Assembly: GCA_964609705.1 (NCBI GenBank) | Contig: CAZSTT010000003.1 | Coordinates: forward strand, 1,354-51,280 | DNA from: an uncultured Thermodesulfobacteriota bacterium | GTDB taxonomy: Bacteria; Desulfobacterota; RBG-13-43-22 | Direction: 5' to 3' | Length of the DNA: 49,927 bases | Shown here: piece by piece, positions 7,753 through 15,815 of the stretch | Position numbering within the stretch: the stretch's first letter is position 1 | Layout of the letters: each line of letters opens with the position of its first letter | Notes under the pieces: model-generated | Database searches by the model: none | The model's input: only the letters and a program-made list of their open reading frames with translations | Told to the model about the DNA's origin: nothing | Translations under genes and position numbers: made by a program

Positions 7753-8676
7753 CTACAATGAGTGCAGGAATTCATTCACCAATCGTTTCCAGCCGATTTC
7801 AGGGATCTCGCTAAAAATATCTTTCAAGGCCTCGCCACCGGTGGCCGCCATCGGATAGGGCCTCTCCTCTCCACGGACTTCCCCTACCAAATTTTGAAGC
7901 CGTAAAAACTCGTCATCGATCCAGGCCAGACTTTCCTGGCCAAAGAAGAGATTTTTCAGATTGTTGCGAAGAGAAGTGGGTTGGATCACCATCAGCCATC
8001 CTTCTCCGTAAGGGTCTTCATTGGCCGTGGTGGTTTTATTCAATACCTTTTGATTGATGGCTACGACCTTGCCATCCACAGGACTGAGGGCCGGGGCTTC
8101 TTTCCCATTGCGCTTCAGCACGGCCTGGGGACTATTTTGACCGACGGCGGCCCCCAGTCTGGGCACTTCGATTTCGTCCTGTGGGCCCAGAAGCCGAAGG
8201 GCAAAGTCATCGATGCCGACCCTGACCCGGCCCCCGTATTCCACTCTGGCCCAGGAATGTCCGAAATGGTAATAATGATCCCTGGCGACATGATATCCGG
8301 AAGCGGACTCGACAACAGGCGGTTTAAGATTCGGCAGATAGCTGGCGTCTTCAATCATCTGGTCAAAGGGGCATTTGACGCAATTGTACCCTTGAGAGCA
8401 TAATCCGTAAGCGATGCGGCCGCTCAGCATATGGCGACATTTCCCCTGGTTCATGAGAAGGAGCATTCTGGGTGGCCTTGGGTCCGTTTTCCCTTCAAGC
8501 TTCCTTTTCTGATCAAAATTGGTCAGCACCTGATGATCCATGGAACAGCCGAGACAGTCAAAGGCATTAATGCATTTTGTGGGCTTGATCACCCCGGCTC
8601 GTCCCCAAACACACTGGTCGTTGGTCATTGAAAAAACCACCGGTTGCCTGACACTCTTTTGTTCATTCTTTTTCAT
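7753..8676 (-). CDS. Cys-rich protein with a C-terminal glycine-cleavage H (GcvH)-like domain
   Basis: 307 aa. The N-terminal ~110 aa contain about 11 Cys (for example CINAFDCLGC, CVKC). The C-terminal part (HSWARVE...VGIDDFA...SPVDGKVVAINQ...DPYGEGWLMVIQP) is GcvH-like. A strong Shine-Dalgarno AAGGAGG precedes the ATG. Confidence 0.7.
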   Translation of the reverse strand: MKKNEQKSVRQPVVFSMTNDQCVWGRAGVIKPTKCINAFDCLGCSMDHQVLTNFDQKRKLEGKTDPRPPRMLLLMNQGKCRHMLSGRIAYGLCSQGYNCVKCPFDQMIEDASYLPNLKPPVVESASGYHVARDHYYHFGHSWARVEYGGRVRVGIDDFALRLLGPQDEIEVPRLGAAVGQNSPQAVLKRNGKEAPALSPVDGKVVAINQKVLNKTTTANEDPYGEGWLMVIQPTSLRNNLKNLFFGQESLAWIDDEFLRLQNLVGEVRGEERPYPMAATGGEALKDIFSEIPEIGWKRLVNEFLHSL

Positions 8677-8743
8677 GGGATCCTCCTTTAGACTGTTTAT
8701 TATTAAATTCGTCTATTTCAAAAGATGCTTTCAGAGAACGTCT

Positions 8744-8760
8744 ATTGCAGGTTCTGAGCC
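8744..8760 (-). promoter_or_regulatory. possible sigma-54 promoter upstream of the GcvH-like gene
   Basis: The minus strand reads TGGCTCAGAACCTGCAA. The GG/GC spacing is correct with two mismatches to TGGCAC-N5-TTGCA. It lies ~70-85 nt upstream of the ATG at 8676. Confidence 0.3.
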
Positions 8761-9026
8761 AAGTAGAGAAGGGAAGAGTTGTAGAAATGTAACTATATAA
8801 GGTTATTATAAATATTTTAATTTGAGGAAGAATGATTCGGGGGTGAGGGGACTTGGACGAAAATCGATCGCTGCTTCATTTCACGCCAGTTATTTTGAAT
8901 AAAGTTGTTTTTAATATTATTTTAATAAGTTAATTGACTGCTACATTTTGCACGAAGCGATGCAGAATGCGCCAATCATAAAAAGCAGTGGATTTAAATA
9001 TGTTGTGGAGCGAATAGATGGGTAAT

Positions 9027-9377
9027 TTATATTAATTTATTATTCTTTTTTTTGGGTGGCAACGATCTGGCGAATTCAATGCCTTTCAAAACCCATTTTC
9101 TTAGATCTTTTTCGGATTCGGTTCCTTTGGCATCGATATAAAGAAACCCTTTCAGCGGTTTCCCCGTGAAATCCATTTTTCGTAAATGAGGTTGGGACAG
9201 CATTTTTTCGTAGGAATCCGGTCTGACCCGGATCATCAGATCTTCGTTCACCAGCCCTAAGGCCATGTTGCCGTTGATGAGGAAACAAAGCCCCCCGAAC
9301 ATTTTTTTCTCCGACAGTCCCTCAATTTTTTCCAGGATCTTTCGAACCCGCTTGGCCAGTTTATCGTCGAATGGCAT
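9027..9377 (-). CDS. TfoX N-terminal domain family protein
   Basis: MPFDDKLAKRVRKIL...KKMFGGLCFLINGNM fits TfoX_N proteins. The ATG at 9377 follows GAGGA; the GTG at 9389 is the ORF-track start. Confidence 0.65.
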   Translation of the reverse strand: MPFDDKLAKRVRKILEKIEGLSEKKMFGGLCFLINGNMALGLVNEDLMIRVRPDSYEKMLSQPHLRKMDFTGKPLKGFLYIDAKGTESEKDLRKWVLKGIEFARSLPPKKKNNKLI

Positions 9378-9434
9378 TTTGGTCCTCACCTACTCGGTCC
9401 ACTTGAGAAACAGGGCATGGGGTGAAGCGGTGCA

Positions 9435-9908
9435 CTATTTTTTTTCAAGGCCATCCAGTTGTGCGGCCTCTTTGAGTTTTTCAATATCGATCTTATCCTG
9501 TGGTCTGGCGCTTGCTTCTTTAACTCTGATCAGATCAGATCGTGAAATGAAAAGTATTTCAAGATCACCCAAATCAACCGTTACACGGTTTTTCCATGCT
9601 TCGTCAAACTCGATTCCAGGAATCGACATCATAATATCAACCCGGAGCGGGGGTCTTCCCATCTGATAGAAATAACCTTGGTGGGTAAAGTCATCCGGGG
9701 TAAGATTTTCCAGGGGCGCGCCAAATTCTTTCAAGGCCCTATACACGCCATTGGCATTATCCTGATCTGTCGCTATAAAAAGATCCAGATCTTTGGTAAA
9801 TCGTGGCTCACTGTATTTCATGACTGCGTATCCGCCGACGACAAGATAGCGGATTTTATGCTTTTCGAAAAGTTTCAACAGTTCTTTGAAGTCTGGACTC
9901 GTCAGCAT
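9435..9908 (-). CDS. nucleotidyltransferase-fold protein (toxin/antitoxin-like NTase family)
   Basis: 157 aa. The N-terminus (FKELLKLFEKHKIRYLVVGGYAVMKYSEPRFTKDLDLFI) carries the G[GS]...D.D nucleotidyltransferase signature seen in small stand-alone NTases. Confidence 0.6.
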   Translation of the reverse strand: MLTSPDFKELLKLFEKHKIRYLVVGGYAVMKYSEPRFTKDLDLFIATDQDNANGVYRALKEFGAPLENLTPDDFTHQGYFYQMGRPPLRVDIMMSIPGIEFDEAWKNRVTVDLGDLEILFISRSDLIRVKEASARPQDKIDIEKLKEAAQLDGLEKK

Positions 9909-10053
9909 TCTTTCCTCGGATTAATAGATAATCATTTAACATTTCCGCCACCGCCTCAAAAATGGCCACATCTCCCTGGGATTGCCAAAAGCGGATATCG
10001 AACCTATGGTTATCATCCGTTATCTGCTGGTAATTTTCTTCTATTTTTTTCAT
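9856..10053 (-). CDS. small hypothetical protein, putative partner of the downstream NTase
   Basis: 65-aa ORF immediately upstream of, and overlapping by 53 nt, the NTase gene in another frame. I recognise no motif. Confidence 0.35.
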   Translation of the reverse strand: MKKIEENYQQITDDNHRFDIRFWQSQGDVAIFEAVAEMLNDYLLIRGKNADESRLQRTVETFRKA

Positions 10054-10336
10054 ATAATAAAGGTCTCTTTTTCCAACATTTGAGTAATAATTATAACAGA
10101 TTTTGAAGGGGGGTAAAAGGAATAATTATTATATTATCCGGTAATTATCTGTTTCGTATTTGGTGGTATTGAGGGATAAAAAGGAAATTCGATAATTTTG
10201 ATGAACCGGCAAAAGTTGCCAAAAACTCCCAAGTATCATTCCGGCGAAAGCTTGAATCCGGAGTTAATTTTCAGAATTTTAAGGGATAAGAAAGCTTTAA
10301 CCGAAAAAGAATACTCATTTTTAATATTTTTTATGA

Positions 10337-10365
10337 TTGACAAAAATTTAATTTGAAGTTATTAT
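10337..10365 (+). promoter_or_regulatory. sigma-70-like promoter of rplU-rpmA (TTGACA-17-TATTAT)
   Basis: TTGACA at 10337-10342, a 17-nt spacer, TATTAT at 10360-10365. It lies 33 nt upstream of the rplU ATG. Confidence 0.5.
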
Positions 10366-10397
10366 TCCCATTTAATAATTTTTACGAGGGAAGAGCC

Positions 10398-10712
10398 ATG
10401 TATGCCATTATTCAAACCGGGGGGAAACAGTACCAGGTTGCCCCTGGAGACGTGATTCGGATCGAAACCTTAGAAGGCGAAAAAGGGACCACCGTATCCA
10501 TACCCAAGGTCCTGTTTGTCGCCCGGGACCAGGAAATTATGGTCGGGAAACCTTATTTAGACGGGGTTTCGGTAGTTGGGGAAATTCTTCATCAGGGTCG
10601 AGACCGTAAGATTTTGATTTTTAAACACAAGAGAAGAAAAGGGTACAAGAAAACGGTCGGGCATCGGCAGCCCTATACCCAGTTTAAAATAAACGAAATC
10701 CAAGGGATTTAA
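10398..10712 (+). CDS. rplU: 50S ribosomal protein L21
   Basis: [14 protein letters not shown]... is the canonical L21 N-terminus. The ATG at 10398 follows GAGGGAAGAG. Confidence 0.95.
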   Translation: MYAIIQTGGKQYQVAPGDVIRIETLEGEKGTTVSIPKVLFVARDQEIMVGKPYLDGVSVVGEILHQGRDRKILIFKHKRRKGYKKTVGHRQPYTQFKINEIQGI

Positions 10713-10723
10713 AGGGGTTTTTT

Positions 10724-10972
10724 ATGGCACATAAAAAAGCCGGCGGCAGTTCCAGAAACGGCCGGGACAGTGAAGGACAACGGTTTGGGATCAAACGATA
10801 TGGCGGCCAGAAGGTCAAGGCCGGGAATATCCTGGTCCGACAGGTGGGGACCAAGTTTCACCCTGGTGAAAATGTGGGGTTGGGAAAAGATTTTACGATC
10901 TTTGCCAAGATAGACGGGGTGGTAACCTTCGAGCGCTGGGGGAAAGACCGCAAAAGAATCAGTGTCTATTAA
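10724..10972 (+). CDS. rpmA: 50S ribosomal protein L27
   Basis: [16 protein letters not shown]...GNILVRQ(V)GTKFHPG is canonical L27. Confidence 0.96.
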   Translation: MAHKKAGGSSRNGRDSEGQRFGIKRYGGQKVKAGNILVRQVGTKFHPGENVGLGKDFTIFAKIDGVVTFERWGKDRKRISVY

Positions 10973-11086
10973 TTGTTTCAGCCTCCCCTAACAGGATGAT
11001 CAAAGCCCCTTTTTGTTTATAACCCTTCCAATCTACCCGATTACCCGACCACAAAGGGTAATCGGGAATAAGCTCCCCAGATATCT

Positions 11087-12151
11087 TTGAAATTCTTTGA
11101 TGAAGCCAAGATTTTTGTTCGTTCCGGAGACGGGGGCAATGGATGCCTCAGCTTCCGACGGGAGAAGTTCATACCCCGGGGAGGTCCGGATGGCGGGGAT
11201 GGTGGTAAAGGCGGCGACGTCCTGATTACCGCCTCCTCCCAAAGTCAGACCCTAGAGGATTATCACTTTCATCAGCATTTCAAGGCCCCCAAAGGCACCA
11301 ACGGTCAGGGGAATGATCGACACGGCCGAAAGGGCGAGGACATTCGGCTCATAGTTCCTTTAGGAACCCTGGTTCGAGAGGCGGAAACAAAGCAGATCCT
11401 GGCCGATTTAACCGAGGAAGGGCAGACTCTAGTCGTTGCCCGGGGGGGCAGAGGCGGCAAGGGGAACAGGCATTTTGCCACGGCTACCCATCGGACTCCA
11501 AGGTTCGCCCAGAAGGGAGAGCCGGGGACTGAGATCTGGTTGTTACTGGAGCTGAAAGTATTGGCTCACATCGGGCTGGTGGGCTTGCCCAATGCCGGGA
11601 AATCGACCCTTCTTTCCCGCCTTTCCGCGGCCAAACCCAAAATTTCCGATTACCCCTTTACAACCCTGACCCCCAATCTGGGGATTCTCGAAGACGATCA
11701 AGGTCAACGCCTGACCATAGCCGACATCCCGGGAATTATTGCCGGGGCCAGCACCGGGGCCGGGTTGGGACTTAAATTCCTCAAACACATTGAACGCACT
11801 CAGGTGCTCTTATTTTTGATTGACGGCTCTCTATCCGGGGAAGCCCCCCTTTCTTCCTATCAGACACTGATTAAAGAAATAGAGTCCTATAATCCAAACC
11901 TTTTGGACAAAGCTCGACTGGTGGTGGTCAATAAAATGGATTTGCCCGGCTCCAAGGCCAGTTGGATCAGTATTCAAAAGACTTTTAATAAACTCGGCCT
12001 GAAAGTCATTTCCATATCGGCAAAAACCGGAGAAGGAATCCCCGCACTGATTAACCGCTTGTTTTCCCTACACACCAACCGGTCTTCGGCGAATCGCCAG
12101 GGAAGGGAAGATAATCAAACAGTTCAAAGCAGGGTAGTAGACCATGGATAA
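11087..12151 (+). CDS. obg: GTPase Obg/CgtA
   Basis: Obg fold N-terminus (FFDEAKIFVRSGDGGNGCLSFRREKF, glycine-rich) followed by a G domain (GLPNAGKST, DIPG, NKMD). TTG start at 11087. Confidence 0.95.
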   Translation: MKFFDEAKIFVRSGDGGNGCLSFRREKFIPRGGPDGGDGGKGGDVLITASSQSQTLEDYHFHQHFKAPKGTNGQGNDRHGRKGEDIRLIVPLGTLVREAETKQILADLTEEGQTLVVARGGRGGKGNRHFATATHRTPRFAQKGEPGTEIWLLLELKVLAHIGLVGLPNAGKSTLLSRLSAAKPKISDYPFTTLTPNLGILEDDQGQRLTIADIPGIIAGASTGAGLGLKFLKHIERTQVLLFLIDGSLSGEAPLSSYQTLIKEIESYNPNLLDKARLVVVNKMDLPGSKASWISIQKTFNKLGLKVISISAKTGEGIPALINRLFSLHTNRSSANRQGREDNQTVQSRVVDHG

Positions 12152-13298
12152 ACAGGCTGGATTAAGCGAGCAACGGAAGGCCCTGGTTAAAGGTGTAAAA
12201 AAGATCGTCATCAAAATAGGCAGTGCGGTCCTGACCGATAACGGGGTGTTACATCGTCCGACCATAACCCGTCTGGCGGATGACATCGCTTTTCTGAGAA
12301 AAAAAGGGTATCAAACGGTCCTGGTCAGTTCCGGGGCTATTGCCTCCGGAGTGGGTAAGATGGGCTTAAGTAGAAAACCGGTTACCATCCCCCAGAAACA
12401 GGCCGTGGCGGCCATCGGGCAGGGAAGTCTGATGTATGCATATGAAGAAGCTTTCAACTCCCACCAGTTGTTAGTGGCCCAGTTACTGCTGACCCGGGAA
12501 GACCTGACCAACCGCCAAAGGTACCTGAATGCCCGCAATACTCTGATCACCCTTCTGGAATGGGGAATCATCCCGATTATCAACGAAAATGATACGGTCG
12601 CGGTGGAGGAAATAAAATTTGGAGACAATGACAATCTTTCGGCTCTGATTGCCCATTTAATCGACAGCGATCTGTTAATCGTCCTGACTGATACGGAGGG
12701 ACTGTATGATCGGGATCCCCGGGAAGACCCCCAGGCCCATCTGATTTCCGTGGTGGAACAGGTAGACGGTCAAGTTATGGAATATACATCTAAATATTCC
12801 GGACAATGGGGATTGGGAGGGATGCGCTCCAAGATTATGGCAGCCCGAAAGGTGACAGCCGGGGGAATTTCGGTCATTATCGCCAGCGGGAGAAAAGAAG
12901 GGGTTTTACAGGAGATCATAAAAGGGAAACCCATAGGCACCCTTTTCCTCCCTCAAAAAGCTACCCTGAGCCGGAAAAAACATTGGATTGCCTTTACCCT
13001 TAAACACAAAGGGGATATAATCATTGATGAAGGGGCCAAACAGGCCCTATTGAAAAAAGGAAAAAGCCTGCTCCCTTCAGGGGTGGTGGAAGTGCGGGGA
13101 CGTTTTGGTATGGGCTCCTGTGTCCGTTTGGTGGATCAAAAAGCCCGGTTGATTGGAAAAGGGCTGGCCAATTATTCATCTTCGGATATAATAAAAATCC
13201 GTGGACTGAAAACCTCGGAGATAGAAAAGAAACTTGAATTTAAACATTCCGATGAAGTGATCCACCGGGATAATATGGTTATCCAGGACGAAGAATAA
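12144..13298 (+). CDS. proB: glutamate 5-kinase (with PUA domain)
   Basis: VIKIGSAVLT..., INENDTV and a C-terminal PUA-like region. It overlaps the end of obg by 8 nt. Confidence 0.95.
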   Translation: MDKQAGLSEQRKALVKGVKKIVIKIGSAVLTDNGVLHRPTITRLADDIAFLRKKGYQTVLVSSGAIASGVGKMGLSRKPVTIPQKQAVAAIGQGSLMYAYEEAFNSHQLLVAQLLLTREDLTNRQRYLNARNTLITLLEWGIIPIINENDTVAVEEIKFGDNDNLSALIAHLIDSDLLIVLTDTEGLYDRDPREDPQAHLISVVEQVDGQVMEYTSKYSGQWGLGGMRSKIMAARKVTAGGISVIIASGRKEGVLQEIIKGKPIGTLFLPQKATLSRKKHWIAFTLKHKGDIIIDEGAKQALLKKGKSLLPSGVVEVRGRFGMGSCVRLVDQKARLIGKGLANYSSSDIIKIRGLKTSEIEKKLEFKHSDEVIHRDNMVIQDEE

Positions 13299-13301
13299 AC
13301 G

Positions 13302-13322
13302 GTTTGTCGTTGGGCGTTCGTT
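13302..13322. repeat. heptanucleotide tandem repeat (GTTNGNN x3)
   Basis: GTTTGTC GTTGGGC GTTCGTT in the proB-proA spacer. Near-identical to 43522-43542. Confidence 0.7.
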
Positions 13323-13355
13323 GACAAAACCAAACATTCGATAAAGGACATTTCC

Positions 13356-14621
13356 ATGGACATCAAAAAACAAATTCTGCAAATAGCGAGGAGCGCTAAA
13401 GAGGCCGGTCCTGTCCTGGCAGGTCTTAATTCCAAGCAGAAGAACCAGACTCTGGAACAAATGGCCCGGGTCTTGTTAAAACAAGCCGGAACTATCCTGA
13501 AAGAAAATAAAAAAGACCTGGAACAGGCCAGGAAAGCCGGGCATCCCCAGGCCTTTCTTGACCGCCTGCTCTTAACCGAGGAGACTCTTAAAGAAATGGC
13601 CCAGGGGCTATTGGAAGTATCCCAGTTGCCTGATCCGGTGGGAGAGGTTACCGGAATGTGGCTGCGCCCTAACGGCCTGCAGGTAGGACGGATGCGGATC
13701 CCCCTGGGGGTGATCGGGTTCATTTATGAATCCCGCCCCAATGTGACGGTGGATGCGGCCGGGCTTTGTCTGAAATCCGGCAACGCCGTTATCTTGAAAG
13801 GCGGAAGCGAGGCCATTAGATCCAACCTGATCTTGACCAAAATTCTTCAAGACTGCTTGATCCAGGAAGGGATTCCCCGGGGGGCCATTCAAATCATCCC
13901 GACCACGGATCGGGAGGCTACCACCGAACTGTTGAAATTGGAAGAGTACATCGACCTGGTAATCCCAAGGGGCGGCGAGGGACTGATCCGTACGGTTACG
14001 GCCCAAGCCCGCATGCCGGTCCTGAAACACTACAAAGGGGTTTGTCATGTTTTTGTGGACCAAGGGGCGGATTTGACTATGGCCAACCGGATTTGTCTCA
14101 ACGCCAAGGTTCAGCGTCCGGGGGTTTGTAATGCCATGGAAACACTGCTGGTCCATCAGGATATCGCTAAAACTTTTCTGCCCGGGATGGTCAAACTATT
14201 TCGAAAAGCAGGGGTGGAAATCCGGGGTTGTCCGGCCACTCTTAAGATCATCGGCAAGGGAAAGGGAATTCGGGAGGCTGCGGAAGAAGACTGGTATGAG
14301 GAATATCTGGATCTGATTGTCGCGGTGCGGGTCGTGAAAAATCTGAAAGAGGCCGTGGCCCATATCCACAAATATGGTTCCCAACACACGGAGGCCATCG
14401 TCACCCAGGATTATGACCGGGCCCGTGAATTTTTAAAATCAGTGGATTCTTCCGTCGTTCTGGTCAATGCCTCCACCCGTTTCAACGACGGAAATCAGTT
14501 GGGCCTGGGAGCGGAAATCGGAATCAGCACCTCCAAACTCCATGCCTTCGGACCGATGGGATTAAATGAACTGACCACCACCAAGTTTATTGTTTTTGGA
14601 CAGGGACAGATCAGAAGCTGA
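13356..14621 (+). CDS. proA: gamma-glutamyl phosphate reductase (glutamate-5-semialdehyde dehydrogenase)
   Basis: 421-aa aldehyde dehydrogenase-like protein with the catalytic Cys context ([14 protein letters not shown]) and HTEAIVT, both typical of ProA. It follows proB. Confidence 0.95.
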   Translation: MDIKKQILQIARSAKEAGPVLAGLNSKQKNQTLEQMARVLLKQAGTILKENKKDLEQARKAGHPQAFLDRLLLTEETLKEMAQGLLEVSQLPDPVGEVTGMWLRPNGLQVGRMRIPLGVIGFIYESRPNVTVDAAGLCLKSGNAVILKGGSEAIRSNLILTKILQDCLIQEGIPRGAIQIIPTTDREATTELLKLEEYIDLVIPRGGEGLIRTVTAQARMPVLKHYKGVCHVFVDQGADLTMANRICLNAKVQRPGVCNAMETLLVHQDIAKTFLPGMVKLFRKAGVEIRGCPATLKIIGKGKGIREAAEEDWYEEYLDLIVAVRVVKNLKEAVAHIHKYGSQHTEAIVTQDYDRAREFLKSVDSSVVLVNASTRFNDGNQLGLGAEIGISTSKLHAFGPMGLNELTTTKFIVFGQGQIRS

Positions 14622-14630
14622 AGGGCTGAC

Positions 14631-14654
14631 GGCGAGAGGCGAGAGGCGTGAGGC
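14631..14654. repeat. heptanucleotide tandem repeat (GGCGAGA x3.4)
   Basis: GGCGAGA GGCGAGA GGCGTGA GGC, immediately after the proA stop. Confidence 0.85.
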
Positions 14655-15433
14655 AAAAGGAAAATAAGGTTCAAGGTTCAAAGTTCAAGGTTCAAGGATT
14701 AAAAACCGGAAAAATCCCAAAGCCGATTTCCGATTTTGACCAAAAACTTCCTGCTCCGCCATCCGCCATCCGCCATCCGCCATCGAGACGCATCGGTTTA
14801 TTCGGAGGGGCTTTCAACCCCATTCACTTTGGTCATCTCCGGGCCGGGTTGGAGATCCAGGAGGCCTTTTCTTTAGACCGCCTCCTGTTTATTCCCACGG
14901 CCGTTCCGCCTCATAAAGAAACCCGCAACCTGCTTCCCTTTGCTCATCGTTTGAAGATGATCCGATTGGCCATCGCCGGGCATCCTTTCCTGCGGGTATC
15001 GGATGTGGAAAAAAAGCGGGAAGGGAAGTCCTATTCCATCCAGACCGTGCGGTTTTTTAAGGAAAATCTGGATCCCGGTTCGGAGCTTTTTTTTATCCTC
15101 GGGATCGATGCTTTTTTAGAGATTGAAACCTGGAGAGCTTATCGGAATCTTTTTAAATTATGTCATTTCGTGGTCATGGACCGCCCGGGTTATGGTCGGG
15201 ACCATCTCAAAACTTTTGTAATGGAAAAAATATCTCCTGAGGTACTTTGCTTCCCTCGAGAAAATCGCTTTCTGCATCCCGCCGGGTACTCCATTTACCT
15301 GTTCCCGGTAACGTTGATGGACATTTCCTCAACCCGGATTCGCAGGCTAAGACGGAACAATCAAACCATCCATTATCTCCTGCCGGAAAAGGTGGAAGAC
15401 TATATCTTAGAAAGAAAGTTTTATGCCCCCTAA
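14648..15433 (+). CDS. nadD: nicotinate-nucleotide adenylyltransferase
   Basis: IGLFGGAFNPIHFGH (the (H/T)xGH motif) plus ISSTRIR. The start is uncertain. The only canonical in-frame start is GTG 14648, which would add ~48 aa translated from heptamer tandem repeats. ATC 14792 sits exactly where NadD proteins normally begin. Confidence 0.85.
   Translation: MRQKENKVQGSKFKVQGLKTGKIPKPISDFDQKLPAPPSAIRHPPSRRIGLFGGAFNPIHFGHLRAGLEIQEAFSLDRLLFIPTAVPPHKETRNLLPFAHRLKMIRLAIAGHPFLRVSDVEKKREGKSYSIQTVRFFKENLDPGSELFFILGIDAFLEIETWRAYRNLFKLCHFVVMDRPGYGRDHLKTFVMEKISPEVLCFPRENRFLHPAGYSIYLFPVTLMDISSTRIRRLRRNNQTIHYLLPEKVEDYILERKFYAP
14666..14697. repeat. heptanucleotide tandem repeat (AAGGTTC x4.5)
   Basis: AAGGTTC AAGGTTC AAAGTTC AAGGTTC AAGG. 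Confidence 0.85.
14756..14783. repeat. heptanucleotide tandem repeat (CCGCCAT x4)
   Basis: Four perfect copies of CCGCCAT, ending 8 nt before the ATC codon (14792) at the expected nadD N-terminus. Confidence 0.9.
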
Positions 15434-15815
15434 ACGTCAACCAAAACTATCTCCTCAGGAAAAAGCCCTGCTGCTGGCCCGCGTTGCCCTTCAAAAAAAA
15501 CCCCGGGATCCCCTTTTACTCGATGTCAGCAATAGTTGCTCTTTTGCCGATTTTTTTTTAATCTTGAGCGGGACCTCGACCCGCCAGACCCAAGCCTTGT
15601 CCGGCCATCTGGAAGAGACCTTACGAAAGCAGGGAATCCGTCTCCGTGGTATCGAAGGGGTGGAAACCGGTCAATGGATATTGATGGATTATGATGAAGT
15701 AATCATCCATATTTTCTTTGAATCGGCCCGCGGATTCTATGACCTGGAGGGGTTATGGATGGAAGCCCCTCGCCTGCCGGTCCCTCTGAACGATTTTCAT
15801 CCCCAGGTCTCCTGA
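15423..15815 (+). CDS. rsfS: ribosomal silencing factor RsfS (iojap family)
   Basis: 130 aa. DFFLILSGTSTRQTQAL...GIEG...WILMDY..VIIHIF is the iojap/RsfS pattern, and the conserved nadD-rsfS order is kept. Confidence 0.88.
   Translation: MPPKRQPKLSPQEKALLLARVALQKKPRDPLLLDVSNSCSFADFFLILSGTSTRQTQALSGHLEETLRKQGIRLRGIEGVETGQWILMDYDEVIIHIFFESARGFYDLEGLWMEAPRLPVPLNDFHPQVS

Noticed and set aside
13172-13723. 183-aa ORF antisense to proB/proA.
   Set aside because: It is antisense to strongly supported genes, has no recognizable motifs and shows the biased composition typical of shadow ORFs. The same applies to 16313-17041, 22741-23358, 4425-4877, 4926-5357, 13608-14156, 27888-28544, 28415-28900, 39821-40282 and 42663-43055.
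14622-14790. The clustered short repeats here, and at the other repeat loci, could be a CRISPR array.
   Set aside because: Units are 7-9 nt and directly tandem, with no spacers. The larger hairpin repeats are single or mosaic copies, not 24-48-nt repeats regularly interspaced with unique spacers. No cas genes are in the window.
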